Shown: positions 35,460 to 37,625 of the stretch, piece after piece
Numbering within the stretch: position 1 is the stretch's first letter
Layout of the letters: each line of letters opens with the position of its first letter
Source of the DNA: a virus
Lineage: Duplodnaviria > Caudoviricetes
Length of the DNA: 37,625 nucleotides
IMG/VR virus record: IMGVR_UViG_3300032092_000104
Span: 1 to 37,625 of that record
Strand: one strand, 5' to 3'
Notes under the pieces: model-generated
What the model saw: the letters and a program-made list of their open reading frames with translations, nothing else
Databases searched by the model: none
What the model was told of the DNA's origin: nothing
Made by a program: the position numbers and the translations under genes

Positions 35460-35827
35460 GCGATCTAAGAGAGAGAGTTGCGCGAGCCATTTGCGAAGCA
35501 GAACTAGGCCACGATCTGCTTGATCAGATGGTGATGACGCGCGAAAATTATTTCGACGCAGCCGACGCGGCTATTGCGACAGTGTTTCAATGGCAGCCGA
35601 TCGAGACGGCGCCGAAGGATGGGACGATCATCCTGCTAACAAATCACAAGGGCGTTAGGGCGGCTTACTGGGGAAACGCCCAACGAGTGTACAAAGCACA
35701 ATCTGACAAGCTGTTTCCGTGGGTGGTGCTCGACGAAACCAACGGCACTAATGCGATCATGGACGGCGGCGCTCACAAGCCCACCCACTGGCTGCCCCTT
35801 CCTCCTCCTCCGGGAGGCGGCAAATGA
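35456..35827 (+). CDS. DUF551-like phage protein
   Basis: WQPIETAPKDGT..PTHWLPLPPPP. Confidence 0.8.
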   Translation: MSDLRERVARAICEAELGHDLLDQMVMTRENYFDAADAAIATVFQWQPIETAPKDGTIILLTNHKGVRAAYWGNAQRVYKAQSDKLFPWVVLDETNGTNAIMDGGAHKPTHWLPLPPPPGGGK

Positions 35828-36204
35828 GCATCCCCACCCTGCTGACCCTGCAGGAAGCCGCGGCTCGGCTCGGCAATGTCACGGCGCGCGCATTGCGCAC
35901 AGAAGCGCGCAAGGGCCGGTTGCATCTTACCCGCGTGGCCGGCAAGGATTACGTCACGGAGTCGGATTTAGGGGAGATGATCGAGCGATGCCGCGCCGCT
36001 CAAAGGGGCCTAGGTTGTGGCTCCACCGCAGGCCAGGGAGGGAGCCCACATGGCTCATCCTCGACGCCGGACGCCAGCACAGCACAGGCTGCAGCGAAAG
36101 CGACCGTGCAGGCGCTGAGAGAGCACTTGGCCGCTACATCGCGGACAAGTACCACCCGCCGACGCGAGAAAGCGCGCTCGACCGCATCCTCATCGCCGAC
36201 GTGA
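35824..36204 (+). CDS. xis: Excisionase-like HTH protein
   Basis: LLTLQEAA..TARALRTEARKGRL..RVAGKDYVT..L; directly upstream of and overlapping int. Confidence 0.72.
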   Translation: MSIPTLLTLQEAAARLGNVTARALRTEARKGRLHLTRVAGKDYVTESDLGEMIERCRAAQRGLGCGSTAGQGGSPHGSSSTPDASTAQAAAKATVQALREHLAATSRTSTTRRREKARSTASSSPT

Positions 36205-37037
36205 TGACCGTCTACCTCAAAGAGCATGCGCCGCATGTGAAGAACCCTGAGTTTCTGCTACACACTGCGAACCCAATCATCGACTGGTGGGGCGCCAAGA
36301 CTTTGGCTGAGATCCGGGGCCAGAGCTGCCGAGAGTATGTGGACTGGCGCTGCAAGCGTGGGGTGTCGGACCAGACCGCCCGGCACGACCTCAAAACGCT
36401 AAGAGCCGCGATCAACTATTTCCATCGGGAGTATGGCCCACTGTCTGCCGTGCCGAGCCTCACCATGCCAGCCAAGGGCGAGCCGCGCGACCGCTGGCTT
36501 ACCCGCTCGGAGGCAGCCCGCCTGCTGTGGGCCGCCCGCAGCCATCCCCGGCTCGCCCGCTTCATCCTAATCGGGTTGTATACGGGCACCCGGAAGGACG
36601 CGATTGTCCGGCTCAAATGGACGCCGAGCTTGACCACGGGATATTTTGACCTCGACGCCGGGGTGATGCACCGCATGGGGCGGGCCGAGGAAGCCACGGC
36701 GAAGCGCCGGACGCCCTGCCGGATCCCGGATGGCCTCATGCCTCACCTGCGCAGATGGGCCGCCGGCGACCTCGCTAGGGGCTGGGCCGACGTGTGCCAC
36801 CTGCACGGGGCAGCCTCGCGCTCGATCAAGACGAGCTGGGCCAGCGCCAGGGCTCGAGCCGGGCTGTCCGCCGACGTGACACCACACACCCTCCGGCACA
36901 CCTGCTGCACCTGGCTCATGCATCGAGGCGTTCCGATCGCCGAGGCGGCGGGGTTCGTGGGGATGTCCGTCGAGATGTTTGACAGGGTATATGGGCATCA
37001 CCACCCGGACCACATGGCCAAGGCGACGGCGAGATGA
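35988..37037 (+). CDS. int: Tyrosine integrase
   Basis: YTGTRKDAI (R), TAKRR (K), HTLRHT (HxxR) and VYGHH (Y); N-terminal arm-binding region. Confidence 0.93.
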   Translation: MPRRSKGPRLWLHRRPGREPTWLILDAGRQHSTGCSESDRAGAERALGRYIADKYHPPTRESALDRILIADVMTVYLKEHAPHVKNPEFLLHTANPIIDWWGAKTLAEIRGQSCREYVDWRCKRGVSDQTARHDLKTLRAAINYFHREYGPLSAVPSLTMPAKGEPRDRWLTRSEAARLLWAARSHPRLARFILIGLYTGTRKDAIVRLKWTPSLTTGYFDLDAGVMHRMGRAEEATAKRRTPCRIPDGLMPHLRRWAAGDLARGWADVCHLHGAASRSIKTSWASARARAGLSADVTPHTLRHTCCTWLMHRGVPIAEAAGFVGMSVEMFDRVYGHHHPDHMAKATAR

Positions 37038-37432
37038 AACCGTGCACGCAATGCGGCAAGTGCTGCCTATACGACCGCTACATGAACACGCTGCAAATCG
37101 ACGGCGAGGACGTGAAGCGCTGGCGGCGGCAGCGGCGATATGACATCCTGGCGCATATCGAGGTGATGGGGGTGTCCAAGGCCGACCCTTGGGCGGATGC
37201 CTGGTTCACCAAGGCGGGCCACGAGGTCAGGCGCTGCCCCTTTGTCCGCAAGCTCCGTGGGACGGATCGCTACACCTGCACCATCTACGACACCCGGCCG
37301 CAGGTGTGCCGGGAGTATCCGCAGGACGTGAGACAGATGCGGGGCATCGAGTGCGAGATGCTCGAGCCGGGCGACACCGACGCCGATCTTGATCGGCTGA
37401 TGGGCCGCTCGCCAACGAATGCCAACGATTGA
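37034..37432 (+). CDS. YkgJ-family cysteine-cluster (CxxCxxCC) protein
   Basis: CTQCGKCC..RCPF..CTIYDTRPQVCREYP. Confidence 0.85.
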   Translation: MKPCTQCGKCCLYDRYMNTLQIDGEDVKRWRRQRRYDILAHIEVMGVSKADPWADAWFTKAGHEVRRCPFVRKLRGTDRYTCTIYDTRPQVCREYPQDVRQMRGIECEMLEPGDTDADLDRLMGRSPTNAND

Positions 37433-37458
37433 GACGATTCGGCCCGCGTTTCGTTGGC
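37411..37458. promoter_or_regulatory. Integrase arm-type sites, left arm (GCCAACGA x2 direct, x1 inverted)
   Basis: GCCAACGAAT at 37411-37420, GCCAACGATT at 37421-37430 and inverted TTTCGTTGGC at 37449-37458. Confidence 0.7.
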
Positions 37459-37498
37459 GTCAAGTGCACGAGAAAGCCCGATAAATCGCGGTTTTAAT

Positions 37499-37625
37499 GC
37501 TGACTCGGTTGCTTCGGGAGCAAGGGGTCGCGAGTTCGAATCTCGCCGCTCCGACCATTCAAATCAAGGCTTTAGGTTGCTAGGTGAGTTGGGCTGCCAA
37601 CGAAATGGCCAACGATTGGCCCTCC
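37499..37625. repeat. Terminal direct repeat copy 2 (circular contig overlap)
   Basis: Identical to 1..127. Confidence 0.95.

Larger units (their letters stand above)
1..37498. mobile_element. Complete temperate phage genome (podovirus-like, lambdoid regulation), circular/excised form
   Basis: Identical 127-nt ends, intact attP, and full sets of integration, immunity, replication, packaging, head, short-tail, ejection and lysis genes. No tape measure or sheath gene seen. Confidence 0.93.

Noticed and set aside
35751-35987. N-terminal extension of the integrase (428-aa ORF call)
   Set aside because: It overlaps DUF551 and xis; the MPRRSKGPRL start at 35988, with upstream GGGGAG, is more plausible.

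Overview
The window is an apparently complete, circular genome (about 37,498 bp) of a temperate podovirus-like phage. The first and last 127 nt are identical, most likely an assembler k-mer overlap. GC is high, and the gene families suggest an alphaproteobacterial host (inference). It is in the excised state: the attP core is the 3' half of a tRNA-Pro(CGG), flanked by GCCAACGA arm-type repeats, downstream of xis/int. The minus strand carries cro, a replication initiator with internal iterons, a DPPY methyltransferase, a NusG-like antiterminator and late promoter, a membrane/OMP module, terS/terL, portal, scaffold, capsid, short-tail proteins, ejection proteins, two tail fibres, lysis genes, a serine recombinase and a C5 methyltransferase. 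The plus strand carries cI, an early operon (ERF, YqaJ exonuclease, HNH, DUF551), xis, int and a YkgJ-like gene. Most notable: (1) cI is split by a G9 run located where the autocleavage site would be, and its S24 domain appears to lack the catalytic Ser/Lys, suggesting a slippage-controlled, SOS-independent lysis-lysogeny switch, although an assembly error or clear mutant is not excluded. (2) A 586-aa protein with two tandem ADP-ribosyltransferase-like domains sits inside the lysis cassette and shares its N-terminus (MADPVN) with a 36-aa ORF in the ejection module. (3) An envelope-protein module heads the late operon. (4) There are several structured intergenic RNAs. All family assignments come from motif recognition by eye; no searches were run.
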